Positions 40,390 through 50,204 of a stretch of DNA of 64,000 nt are shown here, piece by piece; within the stretch, counting starts at the first letter, position 1, and every line of letters begins with the position of its first letter. Made by a program: the position numbers and the translations under genes. The notes beneath the pieces are model-generated. The model was not told the origin of the DNA. It ran no database searches and saw only the letters and a list, made by a program, of their open reading frames with translations. Source of the stretch: an uncultured Planctomycetia bacterium (GTDB taxonomy: Bacteria; Omnitrophota; Gorgyraeia; Tantalellales; Tantalellaceae); assembly GCA_964421015.1 (NCBI GenBank), contig CAYQUS010000001.1, forward strand, positions 172,726 to 236,725. The letters are read 5' to 3'.

Positions 40390-41184
40390 TTATTCGAAAT
40401 ATTCCTCTTTGTCATACCTGTATTTGCATATACCTCTTTTGGAGGCTTCAACAAATCTCACAAACTCTCCGGCCTCGGCGGAATGAAGGTTTTTCTTTAT
40501 CTCCGCCAAAGCGTCCTTGGTGTTAAGCCCCGACTTGAAGAAGATCGAGTAGGCCTCCCTTATTTCCCTTATGGATTCTCTGGAGAATTTTCCTCTTCTC
40601 AGGCCCACCAGATTTACTCCCCTTACCGTTGAGGGACCCCTGACTATCATATAAGGAGGAACATCCTTATTAACTCCCGTAAACCCCCCTATCATGGAGA
40701 ATTCGCCTATCCTGCAGAACTGGTGGAACACTACATTCCCGGATATAAAGGTGTTCCGCCCCACTTCGACATGGCCTGCCAAAAGAGCAGAGACGGCTAT
40801 TATGACATTATTACCCGTAACACAGTTATGCCCCAGATGGCATTGGGCCATAAGGAAATTATTATCACCCACCACGGTCGTGGTTCCTTCCTGAGCCCCA
40901 CGATGTATGGTAACATACTCCCTTATTACGGTGTTTTTCCCAACCTTTGTGAAAGTTTCCTGCCCTTTGTAAGAAAGGTCCTGGGGCTCGTGTCCTACGA
41001 CCGCTCCCATGTGTACCACTGTCCCTTCTCCTATCTCGGTTCCCTTACAGATATGAGCGTAGGCCATTATCCTCACCCCGGCGCCTATAACTACTCCCGG
41101 GTCTATTATTGCTCCGGGCCCGATATCCGCTGTGGAATGTATCTCCGCTTTAGCGTCAACTATCGCTCTTTTGTCTATAGCCAC
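40390..41184 (-). CDS. lpxA: acyl-ACP--UDP-GlcNAc O-acyltransferase
   Basis: Left-handed beta-helix hexapeptide repeats plus the LpxA C-terminal helical domain. Confidence 0.9.
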   Translation of the reverse strand: MAIDKRAIVDAKAEIHSTADIGPGAIIDPGVVIGAGVRIMAYAHICKGTEIGEGTVVHMGAVVGHEPQDLSYKGQETFTKVGKNTVIREYVTIHRGAQEGTTTVVGDNNFLMAQCHLGHNCVTGNNVIIAVSALLAGHVEVGRNTFISGNVVFHQFCRIGEFSMIGGFTGVNKDVPPYMIVRGPSTVRGVNLVGLRRGKFSRESIREIREAYSIFFKSGLNTKDALAEIKKNLHSAEAGEFVRFVEASKRGICKYRYDKEEYFE

Positions 41185-41619
41185 TTACCCCTTCCTTTCT
41201 TTGGACTCAAGTTTGCTCACCAGATCGTTTATAATCCCCGCTATGGGGGCCAGGTCATGATCTTTCTCGACGAACACGCGGGCAGAGTAATCTCCCGCGT
41301 CGATCCGCGCTATGTCTTCCTCAAGCTTCTCTAAAGGAGCGACAAAACGGTACGAAAGTACCAAAGCCCATGTAACAAGCACCACAAAGACAACCGGCAA
41401 ACCCGTAAAAAGTGTGACATTTATGCTCTCGATAACAGGCACCAGATCCCTTGCAATGACATCCGGGAAGGCTATTCTGTCAGCCATTATGCTGAATATC
41501 AGATAGTACAGGCACCCCCCGACGAAAACCGTAGGAATGAGCATGGAAACAAGAATTATGAACATGTACCTCGACTGAAGAGACCTGTTTAAGTATTTGA
41601 TGGCCGCCCCCTTATTCAT
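41185..41619 (-). CDS. small two-TM protein with a HAMP domain and no output domain
   Basis: Two TM helices followed by a HAMP-like amphipathic segment (LEKLEEDIARIDAGDYSARV). Confidence 0.55.
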   Translation of the reverse strand: MNKGAAIKYLNRSLQSRYMFIILVSMLIPTVFVGGCLYYLIFSIMADRIAFPDVIARDLVPVIESINVTLFTGLPVVFVVLVTWALVLSYRFVAPLEKLEEDIARIDAGDYSARVFVEKDHDLAPIAGIINDLVSKLESKERKG

Positions 41620-42374
41620 TTAAAATCCGAACCTTCCTGCTTTTCCGAGCTCCCGTCATCCGCGCTAGGAAGATAGCCGAGATCGACATATGCCAGAAGC
41701 GCCTCGGCCTTTGTTCCTGTGCTGTCGGAATCCGTCATGAACCCTATCGCGTCAACGTCCTTATCAAGCTTCTCCCCGAAAAGGTCGGAATAATCCTTCG
41801 CTATATCCCTCTCTTCGGTCTTCCACTCGCCGGATCCCCCGGATTCCAGAACAAGTATCCGCACATTCCCCGTATACGGACTTTTAGACCATGTTCCTTC
41901 CGGAAGTGTTTCCGCCCAGACATATTGTATGGCTCTGGTCTTCATTATGGCTCTTGAGTGAAAGATCACATACAGCTGAGCCGCGAAATCAAACTCCGAC
42001 TTTGTTTCAATTGACTCGGCGTTATTCCTCGCTGGAAACTTCAGAACTTTCCATTCCCATTTCACATAGGGCCTGTTCCGGAAGGAAAGTCTTTCCTTTA
42101 GATACAATCCCGACGCTGAATTTTCACTATCCGCCTTAAGAACAGACCTTCCTTCACTTTCCTCTATTGCGTACCTGGTGGAATTTTTCGCAAGACGTTT
42201 TTCGTCCCACTCCTTAAGGTTCTCTGTGCCGGTAAACCTCAGGTCCCTTACGATCTCCCTGTACTCCGGTTCCTCCACAGGCCTGGGTACAGGAAGATAG
42301 AACATAAAAACCGCCGCCGCTGCCGCGACGACAAGAAGTATAAGAAAAACCCAAAAACGCACAGTCCTTACCAT
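41616..42374 (-). CDS. membrane-anchored hypothetical protein (DUF3047-like)
   Basis: N-terminal TM helix; central region resembles DUF3047; overlaps the HAMP gene by 4 bp. Confidence 0.45.
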   Translation of the reverse strand: MVRTVRFWVFLILLVVAAAAAVFMFYLPVPRPVEEPEYREIVRDLRFTGTENLKEWDEKRLAKNSTRYAIEESEGRSVLKADSENSASGLYLKERLSFRNRPYVKWEWKVLKFPARNNAESIETKSEFDFAAQLYVIFHSRAIMKTRAIQYVWAETLPEGTWSKSPYTGNVRILVLESGGSGEWKTEERDIAKDYSDLFGEKLDKDVDAIGFMTDSDSTGTKAEALLAYVDLGYLPSADDGSSEKQEGSDFK

Positions 42375-42407
42375 TAATATGCCTTATGGTTTGCGGAAAG
42401 AGAGATG

Positions 42408-42746
42408 TTAAATATTGATCATTTTCTCGGCCCAGTCGCCGACATAGGGTATCTTCCATTCTTTCCCCTTCAGGACATTAACAATAGCCATTACGGACAC
42501 AACAAGACAAACCAGACCGCCTATCTGCGATATGAGAACACCCAGGAACGGAACTATCCCTATTATCGCAAGAGCGACCTCTATTATAAAGAGCATAAGA
42601 CCCTGCCTTGAATGGAACTTGACCGAAGGATCGTCCTTTTTCATAAGAACAGGAATAAGACAAAGTACCCAAATGTACGCCAGAACCGAGTATATGTTAT
42701 CCTTCGTTATCTGGATATTGGAAAAACCTTTTTTTTCGTCAGCCAT
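42408..42746 (-). CDS. DUF4870-like small membrane protein
   Basis: Start trimmed to MADEKK, which has an AGGGGGAT ribosome-binding site; two or three TM helices. Confidence 0.5.
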   Translation of the reverse strand: MADEKKGFSNIQITKDNIYSVLAYIWVLCLIPVLMKKDDPSVKFHSRQGLMLFIIEVALAIIGIVPFLGVLISQIGGLVCLVVSVMAIVNVLKGKEWKIPYVGDWAEKMINI

Positions 42747-42875
42747 TTTATCCCCCTTTTTTATTTTTCCTTTATATCCGCTCTTTTCAGTATTACATTC
42801 TAATATCGTGCCGGTAAAAGTCAATGATTTCGTTAATGAAGATAACATATGTTTTCCCGTGCAGAAACGTTGGCC

Positions 42876-42920
42876 AAAAAAAGAGCTCCCCGGTTCCGAA
42901 GAACCGGGGAGCTCTTTTTA
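42876..42920. terminator. bidirectional rho-independent terminator
   Basis: A7-AGAGCTCCCCGGTTC-CGAA-GAACCGGGGAGCTCT-T5 immediately downstream of the beta-barrel gene. Confidence 0.8.
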
Positions 42921-42939
42921 ACTTATCTTCACCTGATAC

Positions 42940-44385
42940 TTAGAAGCTCAGCTTGACAGTACCGACAACATCCGTAGCCGGGGCTCTCTTGCCTATACCC
43001 TGAGTGTCAGCGGAGAACGCTGAACCCGGGAAGAACCACGCTGTCAGAAGACCGAACTGCACGTCTTCAGTGTAGTCCCAAGTCACGTTGCAGTCAAGTT
43101 CCTGTCCGAGGAACCTGTTGGTGTTGGTCTGAACAACTCCGCCGTTCTGGGCGTAATCAGCATACATCCAGAAGAAAGCGTAAGTACCTTCTACCTTCAC
43201 GCTGTCCATGGGCTCAACAGTCGCCTTGAAGAGCATCTGGTGCTGGTTCGTAGAACCAGGAGTAACGCCCTGAGTTGTGGGGTAGAAAGTCCCCTGGAAC
43301 TCGCGGATGGCGGTGTCGAACTTACCGCGATACATCGAATCCCATCCGGTGTAGTTTCCGCCGGTTGTGTTGTTAACATTGCCTTCATCGGTCTGACCGG
43401 AATATACTATGTACTCAGCCGCCAGAACAGGCCTCCAAGCATAGTCATCCTGGAACACTCTTGTCTCAACCATAGCGTCTATGGCGTAGGCATATCTGTC
43501 CCTTTCCCACACCTGGTTGTTGGCGCCAAGATAGTTACCCATCTGTATGGCACCTTCAAGAGCTATCGTCCAATCTTCGATCGGATCAAAGCTGCCCCTC
43601 ATACCGAAAGTGTTAACATCGTTGCTGAGGTGGCCCTGGTTTTCCATAAAGGAACCGCCTCTTGCCACACCAGGATTGCGGTTCTGCCTGAGCCAGTAAT
43701 AACCTTCCATTTCGGCATTGTACTGGTCGAACACATAACCCACGTTAACACCCATGAGGTTCACATCGTCATCGGCTCTTGTGGCTCTTTCGTTTATCTT
43801 CGCGTATACGAAGTCAAGGGTCCACGGATCGTAGTCAAGTGTCGCCCTTATCGCGTCGAAAGAGTTTATCGCGGTGTATTCCGGAGCGGGCAGGTTACCC
43901 TGCGGATCCATAAGGCTGTTGCCTATTATGAACCCTCTTCCGAACCATATGTCCTGACGACCTATCTTCAGTGTGAGCGGGCTGTAAAGGAACTCTTTGA
44001 GCTCTATGTAAGCAAGATCAGCCGCTACGTTGAACGCGTTGTTGTTGCTGTTGTCGCCGGCCACTGTCGCGATCTCGGGATCGGCGCCGTAGGAGTATCT
44101 CTGGTCGCCCCATACCCTCTGATTGAGAAGCCTTATCACACCTGACACATTGTCGGTAAGTTCGGCGTCAACCTGAACCTCGGCAGTGCTCATGAGAAAA
44201 GACTGCGAGTTGGTGGAAGCGTTCGTACCGGTATTGTTGTCACGGCTGTTAAGGTCGTAGTTGTCTCTCATGAAAGCGCGAGCGGCTATGTCTCCGCTTA
44301 CTTTCACGCTCTGAGTCTCGGCATAAGCCACGCCGGTGAAGGCGAAAGCGAGCGCCAAAACTAACACTATCTTCACTAACTTCAT
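42940..44385 (-). CDS. outer-membrane beta-barrel porin-like protein
   Basis: Signal peptide; alternating beta-strand pattern rich in Y/G/N/D; C-terminal LSF aromatic terminus typical of OMPs. Confidence 0.6.
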   Translation of the reverse strand: MKLVKIVLVLALAFAFTGVAYAETQSVKVSGDIAARAFMRDNYDLNSRDNNTGTNASTNSQSFLMSTAEVQVDAELTDNVSGVIRLLNQRVWGDQRYSYGADPEIATVAGDNSNNNAFNVAADLAYIELKEFLYSPLTLKIGRQDIWFGRGFIIGNSLMDPQGNLPAPEYTAINSFDAIRATLDYDPWTLDFVYAKINERATRADDDVNLMGVNVGYVFDQYNAEMEGYYWLRQNRNPGVARGGSFMENQGHLSNDVNTFGMRGSFDPIEDWTIALEGAIQMGNYLGANNQVWERDRYAYAIDAMVETRVFQDDYAWRPVLAAEYIVYSGQTDEGNVNNTTGGNYTGWDSMYRGKFDTAIREFQGTFYPTTQGVTPGSTNQHQMLFKATVEPMDSVKVEGTYAFFWMYADYAQNGGVVQTNTNRFLGQELDCNVTWDYTEDVQFGLLTAWFFPGSAFSADTQGIGKRAPATDVVGTVKLSF

Positions 44386-44738
44386 TTTACCTCCCTAAAG
44401 GTAATATCTTTATTTTATGATTGCTTATGACGCGCAGGTTCAGCGCGCCTTGTTCTCTATATAAGTATCGCCCTAATTTTGACAGTTTCCGGCATAAACT
44501 TTACGTTTATTATTGCATCCCCCCTTTTGTGCCAGGATTAAAACTGCCACGGCGGTACGTGCGTTCGTTAATTCCCCGTGAAAAATATGTAAAGAGCCTG
44601 AGAAAACTAACTTTTAAGAAATATATCTCCGGTACTTTCCTTTATTTAAGTGGGAGTATACCATGTTTCTCCTTCGTGTCAATACCCTTGAGACTGATTT
44701 TTAAATGATTAAAAAAATAGAAAGCTAAATTTAAATTT

Positions 44739-44930
44739 ACAACTTTTGCGGCCTGGTTAAACACAGCGGAAAAACACACAAGAAACATCACAAATGCCTG
44801 CATGGGGAAACTTGTGTGTTTTGAAGCATTTTTAACCCAGCAAAAGTTCGCTCTCTCGGTGTTCTCGTGTCTGAGACAACTTTTGCGGCCTGGTTAAATA
44901 CAGCGGAAAAACACACAAGTTTCCCCATGC
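44739..44930. repeat. composite repeat: two 44-bp direct repeats (43/44 identical) plus a perfect 23-bp inverted repeat
   Basis: DR1 at 44739-44782 and DR2 at 44876-44919 (acaacttttgcggcctggttaaa[c/t]acagcggaaaaacacacaag). IR arms at 44800-44822 and 44908-44930. A third half-arm copy lies at 44771-44782, and an inverted copy of the DR 5' end at 44839-44849. Confidence 0.7.
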
Positions 44931-44963
44931 ACAAACATTACCGATATTTATGTTATTCCCGGA

Positions 44964-45614
44964 TCATCTCTTCAGGCGGGCCACTATGTCTTCCGAGTTT
45001 TTGAGTATTTCGGCTTTGATCTCGCAAGATGAAGTTAAAGCTCCGATTATTTTGTTTATTTTTTCTTCGCTTAGAAGGTCTTCGGGCATATGAGAATCGG
45101 TGTTAAGGACCATCTTCGCCCCTGTTTTGCGGGCCGCCTCAAAAACATGTTTATTCCCCAGATCATGCCCTCGCCTGGCGGTTATCTCAAGATACACACC
45201 TTTTTCGGCGGCAAGCGCCGCGTCCTCTTCGGTTATGTAGCCGGGATGCGCCAGTATGTCCACTCCCGCCAGTATGGCCGCCCGGTTAGTCCCGGGCAAA
45301 ACAGGCTCTACAGGAGACTCCCCATGAGCAACAACTATCCTGGCCCCCATCTTGCGGGCATCCTTCGAAAGTTGAGAGAAAGTCTCAAGAGGTATATGCG
45401 TTAACTCCACTCCCGGAATAACGACTATCCCCCAGTACTTTGTAAGCACTTTTGCCGCGCGCGTAATACCGTAAAGGATAGACTCGATATTAGAATGGTC
45501 CGCATGGTCGGTAATGGCGATCGCCTTATAACCGGCCGCGTCGGCGCGTCTTGCCAGCTCGCTGGGAATAAGTACTCCGTCGCTTAAAAAAGAGTGTGTA
45601 TGAAGGTCTATCAT
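44964..45614 (-). CDS. PHP-domain phosphoesterase
   Basis: MIDLHTHSFLSDG and DHAD metal-binding motifs. Confidence 0.8.
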   Translation of the reverse strand: MIDLHTHSFLSDGVLIPSELARRADAAGYKAIAITDHADHSNIESILYGITRAAKVLTKYWGIVVIPGVELTHIPLETFSQLSKDARKMGARIVVAHGESPVEPVLPGTNRAAILAGVDILAHPGYITEEDAALAAEKGVYLEITARRGHDLGNKHVFEAARKTGAKMVLNTDSHMPEDLLSEEKINKIIGALTSSCEIKAEILKNSEDIVARLKR

Positions 45615-46237
45615 TTTGTTTCTCCTTTATAAAGGTTTTCCATCCACCTGTTGAACTCTATTGTAAAACGCGAGAGCTCGAGCCTTTCGCCCAAAGTGTA
45701 CCTGTCAAATCTATCACGCACGATTTTAGCCGCGGAAAACGCAGTATCCGCTCTGATCTCCTTCTCCGGAAGAACGGCAAGGCGGGTACCGCCTCTTGGG
45801 TCCCAGGACTCATTGACGGGAAACCCCGCTTTTAATAGAGCCTTGTCCCACGTAGCGTCAACTATCGCCTGTTCCCTGTCCGAAACAATTCGCAAGGCCA
45901 GGTGATACGTCGCGGGTATCTTGCCGGCGCGGCAGAGAACTTCCTCGGGCATGTTCTGACATTGATCCTTCCAGTAAAAAACATATACCGAATACCTCAC
46001 CTCGAACCCCAGCGCGCCAAGCATGCTCCCCAGAAGATAATGCTTCGGGAAACAGGAGCCTCTATTGGACCGTATCATCTCTTCCGGACCTTCGTCAAGG
46101 TGGAATTGCCTGGGATCCACTCGGTATGGAATATCACGGATAAAATCGAAGACACTCGAGGCGGCGTCAAGAACCGGAGAGCCGTCAGTAAGTTCACGGA
46201 ACTTTTCCGCCGCCAGTTTTCCCATTTTGAGCTCCAC
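45611..46237 (-). CDS. transglutaminase-like superfamily protein
   Basis: Cys/His/Asp triad context (GSCFPKHYLLG...YHLALRI...VDATWD). Confidence 0.5.
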   Translation of the reverse strand: MELKMGKLAAEKFRELTDGSPVLDAASSVFDFIRDIPYRVDPRQFHLDEGPEEMIRSNRGSCFPKHYLLGSMLGALGFEVRYSVYVFYWKDQCQNMPEEVLCRAGKIPATYHLALRIVSDREQAIVDATWDKALLKAGFPVNESWDPRGGTRLAVLPEKEIRADTAFSAAKIVRDRFDRYTLGERLELSRFTIEFNRWMENLYKGETK

Positions 46238-46240
46238 AAC

Positions 46241-47482
46241 CTAACTCCCCATTTGTTTTTCCCGGGTATCTTTAATTTCCACCCATGCGAACACTTTATC
46301 GCCGCGCCTCACCCTTATCGGCACCTTCACGCCTACACGCCCCCCCTTTGCCATGTGTTCAACGCTCTGGCGCTCCACCTGCATCTCACAAGCTTCAAAG
46401 AAAGACGCCGGGGTCTTTTCTCCGCTAACCAGCAATCTGTCTCCCCTGCTTATTCCTCTATGGCGCACCATTACCTCGGCAACACCTATCCTTCCGTAAA
46501 ACTTTAAAACTTCCCCCACGTAGATCTTCTCGTAATTTCTTCCCGGAAAACCGCCCGTGTCATCAGGCCTTCCGAAAAAGAACCCTTCGGTGAAACCCCT
46601 GTTAAATGTGCCTGAAAGTTTCTCAAGCAGAACGGCGGATAGCTTATCGCTGAAAATACCTTTAGCGCACGCGTCTATTGCCTCGCGATACACGGAAGTT
46701 ACGACACTCACGTACTCGGGCGGCCGCATTCTTCCTTCTATCTTGAAAGCGCTGATACCCGATGACATTAGTTTATCGACGAACCTTACAGAACAAAGGT
46801 CCTTGGCGCTCATCACATAATCTTCCCCGATAACGTAATCGCATTCACCCGGCTTCTCGGTGTCGGTTATGCGGTACTCTCTCCTGCATGGCTGAAGACA
46901 GTCTCCCCTGTTAGCCGACCTGGAAAAAGTATGCTGTGACAGAAAACATCTGCCGGAAACACTTACGCACATCGCCCCGTGCACAAAGGTCTCGAGAGAT
47001 ACCCGCATTTCATGTTCTTTTATCTTTGCGGCCATACGGGCGATATCATCAAGCGAACATTCCCTTGCCAGAACAGCTCTCTTAACTCCGATCGAGTCAT
47101 AGAACTTTAGGGCCTCAAAATTCGAAACGCTGGCCTGCGTGGAAAGATGCGGAGTAAGGCCCCTTTCTTTTACCAGCGAGAGTACGGCCATGTCCCATAA
47201 AATTACGGCATCAACTCCGGCCCGGGCCGCCTTGTCCAGTATCGTCTTAACCTTATCGATCTCGTGGTCATATACCAGCGTGTTAAGGGCAAGATAACCC
47301 CTTTTATCCCTGGATCTCAAAAGATCCATTATCTTTTTGAGTTCCAGAGCGTCAAAATTCCCGGCGGACCTTCGCATGTTCATGGTCTTAACGCCGAAAT
47401 ACACCGCGTCCGCTCCCGCGGATACGGCGCTGACAAGGCTGCCCCAGTCTCCAGCCGGGGATACAAGCTCAGGTTTATTCAT
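46241..47482 (-). CDS. peptidase U32 family protein
   Basis: U32 signature region ([10 protein letters not shown]..., conserved Cys cluster). Confidence 0.85.
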   Translation of the reverse strand: MNKPELVSPAGDWGSLVSAVSAGADAVYFGVKTMNMRRSAGNFDALELKKIMDLLRSRDKRGYLALNTLVYDHEIDKVKTILDKAARAGVDAVILWDMAVLSLVKERGLTPHLSTQASVSNFEALKFYDSIGVKRAVLARECSLDDIARMAAKIKEHEMRVSLETFVHGAMCVSVSGRCFLSQHTFSRSANRGDCLQPCRREYRITDTEKPGECDYVIGEDYVMSAKDLCSVRFVDKLMSSGISAFKIEGRMRPPEYVSVVTSVYREAIDACAKGIFSDKLSAVLLEKLSGTFNRGFTEGFFFGRPDDTGGFPGRNYEKIYVGEVLKFYGRIGVAEVMVRHRGISRGDRLLVSGEKTPASFFEACEMQVERQSVEHMAKGGRVGVKVPIRVRRGDKVFAWVEIKDTREKQMGS

Positions 47483-47589
47483 TCGGACAGTATATCATAA
47501 AAATACACGGTTTGTATCGCTGCCGGCGCGCCAAAACCACACCGTACCTATCTTCTTTCAGAATGTGGATTCCGTGGTATAATCTGACC

Positions 47590-48282
47590 ATGTTCACAAT
47601 TGTACTTTTGCGCCACGGACAGAGTTTGTGGAACATGGAGAACCGTTTTACGGGCTGGACCGACGTGGACCTTTCCGATAATGGGATAAATGAAGCGTAC
47701 AGCGCCGGAGATATCCTTAAAAGGTCGGGATTCATCTTCGATTCGGCATTTACTTCCCTTTTGAAGAGGTCTATACGGACAACCTGGATAGTTCTTGAAA
47801 AGATGGACCTTGTATGGATACCTGTCCATAAGTCCTGGCGCCTCAACGAAAGACATTACGGGGCCCTTCAGGGGCTTAACAAAAAAGAAACCTCCCTAAA
47901 ACACGGAGAGGATCAGGTGCGCATCTGGAGAAGGAGCTACGACGTTCCTCCTCCACCGATAGATACGGAAGACGAAAGATATCCCGGCCGGGAAGCAAAA
48001 TACAAGACTGTTCCGGCAGAGGACCTGCCTGTAGGCGAAAGCCTCAAAGACACCGTTTCAAGGGTCCTGCCCTATTGGGAATACTCTATAGCTCCCAGGA
48101 TCCTCTCGGGAGAAAAAGTCCTGATCTCGGCTCATGGCAACAGCTTAAGAGCACTGGTCAAACATCTGGACGGAATATCCGATGCCGAAATACCCTCTCT
48201 TGAGATACCCACCGGAGTCCCTCTTGTGTACAGGCTGGACGAAAAACTTAAAGCTTTAGAACATTTCTACCTTGAAAAATAA
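47590..48282 (+). CDS. gpmA: 2,3-bisphosphoglycerate-dependent phosphoglycerate mutase
   Basis: [24 protein letters not shown] matches the GpmA N-terminus; start trimmed to MFTIV. Confidence 0.9.
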   Translation: MFTIVLLRHGQSLWNMENRFTGWTDVDLSDNGINEAYSAGDILKRSGFIFDSAFTSLLKRSIRTTWIVLEKMDLVWIPVHKSWRLNERHYGALQGLNKKETSLKHGEDQVRIWRRSYDVPPPPIDTEDERYPGREAKYKTVPAEDLPVGESLKDTVSRVLPYWEYSIAPRILSGEKVLISAHGNSLRALVKHLDGISDAEIPSLEIPTGVPLVYRLDEKLKALEHFYLEK

Positions 48283-48304
48283 ATTCTGAGCCGCATATGT
48301 ATAC

Positions 48305-48340
48305 AAAAAAAGAGGGCATACCTTTACGTATGCCCTCTTT
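48305..48340. terminator. bidirectional intrinsic terminator between convergent genes
   Basis: A6-AGAGGGCATAC-CTTTAC-GTATGCCCTCT-TT. Confidence 0.7.
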
Positions 48341-48356
48341 GCGGTATCACATGTAT

Positions 48357-48635
48357 CTATTCGTCGACGCTCACAAGACCGCCTTCAGCCGTGGCAAGTT
48401 CCCCGTCTCCCGAACCGTATGACTGATATATATCTCCGCTATCTGTCATTTTGTCGCCGCCGCCTATATCCTCCATCTGCACTATCTCTCCGCTGTCCGT
48501 AAGATATTCGTCCTCTCCGAGGCTTTCCATTTGTTCGACCCCGCATCCACTCTTAGAGCCTTCCGCGAAAACAAGAGCTGTTCCTGACAAAATAACTGCC
48601 GCGGCAACAAAGAAAAATACCAGGTACTTTTTCAT
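48357..48635 (-). CDS. small secreted acidic protein with internal D/G-rich repeats
   Basis: Signal peptide; repeats LTDSGEIVQMEDIGGGD and MTDSGDIYQSYGSGDG. Confidence 0.5.
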   Translation of the reverse strand: MKKYLVFFFVAAAVILSGTALVFAEGSKSGCGVEQMESLGEDEYLTDSGEIVQMEDIGGGDKMTDSGDIYQSYGSGDGELATAEGGLVSVDE

Positions 48636-48722
48636 AGCTCCTCCCTTTTTTAGGTGCAGCTTTCGGTATGCCCCTCACTTCTGGACTTATATACCAGGCA
48701 CAACACGATGACCTTTTACAGA

Positions 48723-48799
<77 letters not shown>

Positions 48800-48933
48800 G
48801 CTGTAATCTTCCGGTCATTCGCATTCTTACTGAAACCTTTAAAACACACCTCTGAACGCGTCGGAACCCGGCAAAAACCACATTATATTAGATTTACCCG
48901 CGGCTGTCAAACCGGAGTTTGCCGGCTGCCTTA

Positions 48934-50181
48934 CTAAAAACCCGCCCGTGCCTGGCTGCCTTCGTCCTCTCTGAACATGTCTTCCCCGGACGCAGCCGAA
49001 ATTTCACGCATGGCGGCCGAAGTACGTTTACCTACTATACCGTCAGCCCTAAGGCCAGAAGCGCTCTGGAACTCCCTGATGGCTTTTCTTGTAGCGGGAC
49101 CTATTTTGCCGTCTATTTCCCCCTGATATAGCCCGCTCTTTTTCAGAAATATCTGCACCTCTTTCACATTCAGTCTTTTTTCCTGGACCGCATCAATATT
49201 ACCTTCCGCCTGCTGCGCGCCGGTTTTTTCTACCGTAACGGGATCATCATGCCTTTGGTAAACAAGAAGGGTGATGCGAGCTATAAAATTTTTAGACGGC
49301 ATGCTGCCTCTATTGGAATGTTTAGTAAGCACGCATACAAGAAAATCCCCGCGTTCATCCAGCACTATCCCCACATCGTGGCACACCCCTTTTTCAAGAC
49401 CGGTCTTATGCGCCGCTCTTACATCAAGGGGCAGATATTTGGGTATGCGGTCCCTGAGTTTTGACTCAAGAAGCATTTCCATGCACATCTCTGAAGCCTC
49501 CCGGTCAACAAGTTCCCCGGTGTACATACTTTCAAGGATATGCCCCATGTCTCCGGCTGTGGTATAGTTCTCCAGCCCCCTGTCCCTGGCCTCATAATCC
49601 GCGACCCTTCTTGAAAGCCCGCTAGACGAAAGCCCGAAAACTTTTATGGCGTTATTGATGTACTCCATTCCCAATACATTGGTAAGCATATTGGTGGCCG
49701 TGTTGTCGCTTATGGATATCATCAGCCTTACCAGCTCTTCCACCGAAAAAGCCGTCCCCGGAGCCATATCTTTTACGGTTCCTGATCCGGAAAGCTTATC
49801 TTTCCTGTTCAGAGTTACCTTGTCCTCGAGAGAGAGCCTGCCCTCCTTTCTGGCCTTGTAGACTGCTCCCATAATGGGTATTTTAGAGAGGCTTGCCGAT
49901 GGGAAAAGTGTATCTTTATTGTGTTCAAAGGTAAATCCGTTTTCCAGGTCCTTTATATAAATCCCGGAGACACCATTAAAGCTTTTTATCTCCCGTTTAA
50001 GCCTCAAAGAAAGATCGTTCCATCGGGCCTCTTTCCGGAGATATATCTGCCTCTCTTTTTCCCTGGCCTCTATCTCGCGGCGGCGGTCCTCGATGCGTCG
50101 GGGAACTGTAAGCGCGGCAAAAATAACAACGACCGAAACGGCGGCTAAAACGGAATATTTAACGGCTCTTTTAGGGGTCAT
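48934..50181 (-). CDS. class A beta-lactamase-family serine hydrolase with a C-terminal peptidoglycan-binding domain
   Basis: SxxK (SLSK), SDN (SISDNTATN) and KTG motifs; C-terminal PG_binding_1-like segment (GEIDGKIGPATRKAIREFQ...GLRADGIVG). Confidence 0.75.
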   Translation of the reverse strand: MTPKRAVKYSVLAAVSVVVIFAALTVPRRIEDRRREIEAREKERQIYLRKEARWNDLSLRLKREIKSFNGVSGIYIKDLENGFTFEHNKDTLFPSASLSKIPIMGAVYKARKEGRLSLEDKVTLNRKDKLSGSGTVKDMAPGTAFSVEELVRLMISISDNTATNMLTNVLGMEYINNAIKVFGLSSSGLSRRVADYEARDRGLENYTTAGDMGHILESMYTGELVDREASEMCMEMLLESKLRDRIPKYLPLDVRAAHKTGLEKGVCHDVGIVLDERGDFLVCVLTKHSNRGSMPSKNFIARITLLVYQRHDDPVTVEKTGAQQAEGNIDAVQEKRLNVKEVQIFLKKSGLYQGEIDGKIGPATRKAIREFQSASGLRADGIVGKRTSAAMREISAASGEDMFREDEGSQARAGF

Positions 50182-50204
50182 ATGCGGCGGGAGCTAAAGG
50201 CACC

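Noticed and set aside
44739-44930. Possible CRISPR array
   Set aside because: Only two direct repeats, which overlap an inverted repeat; the spacing is irregular and there are no cas genes.
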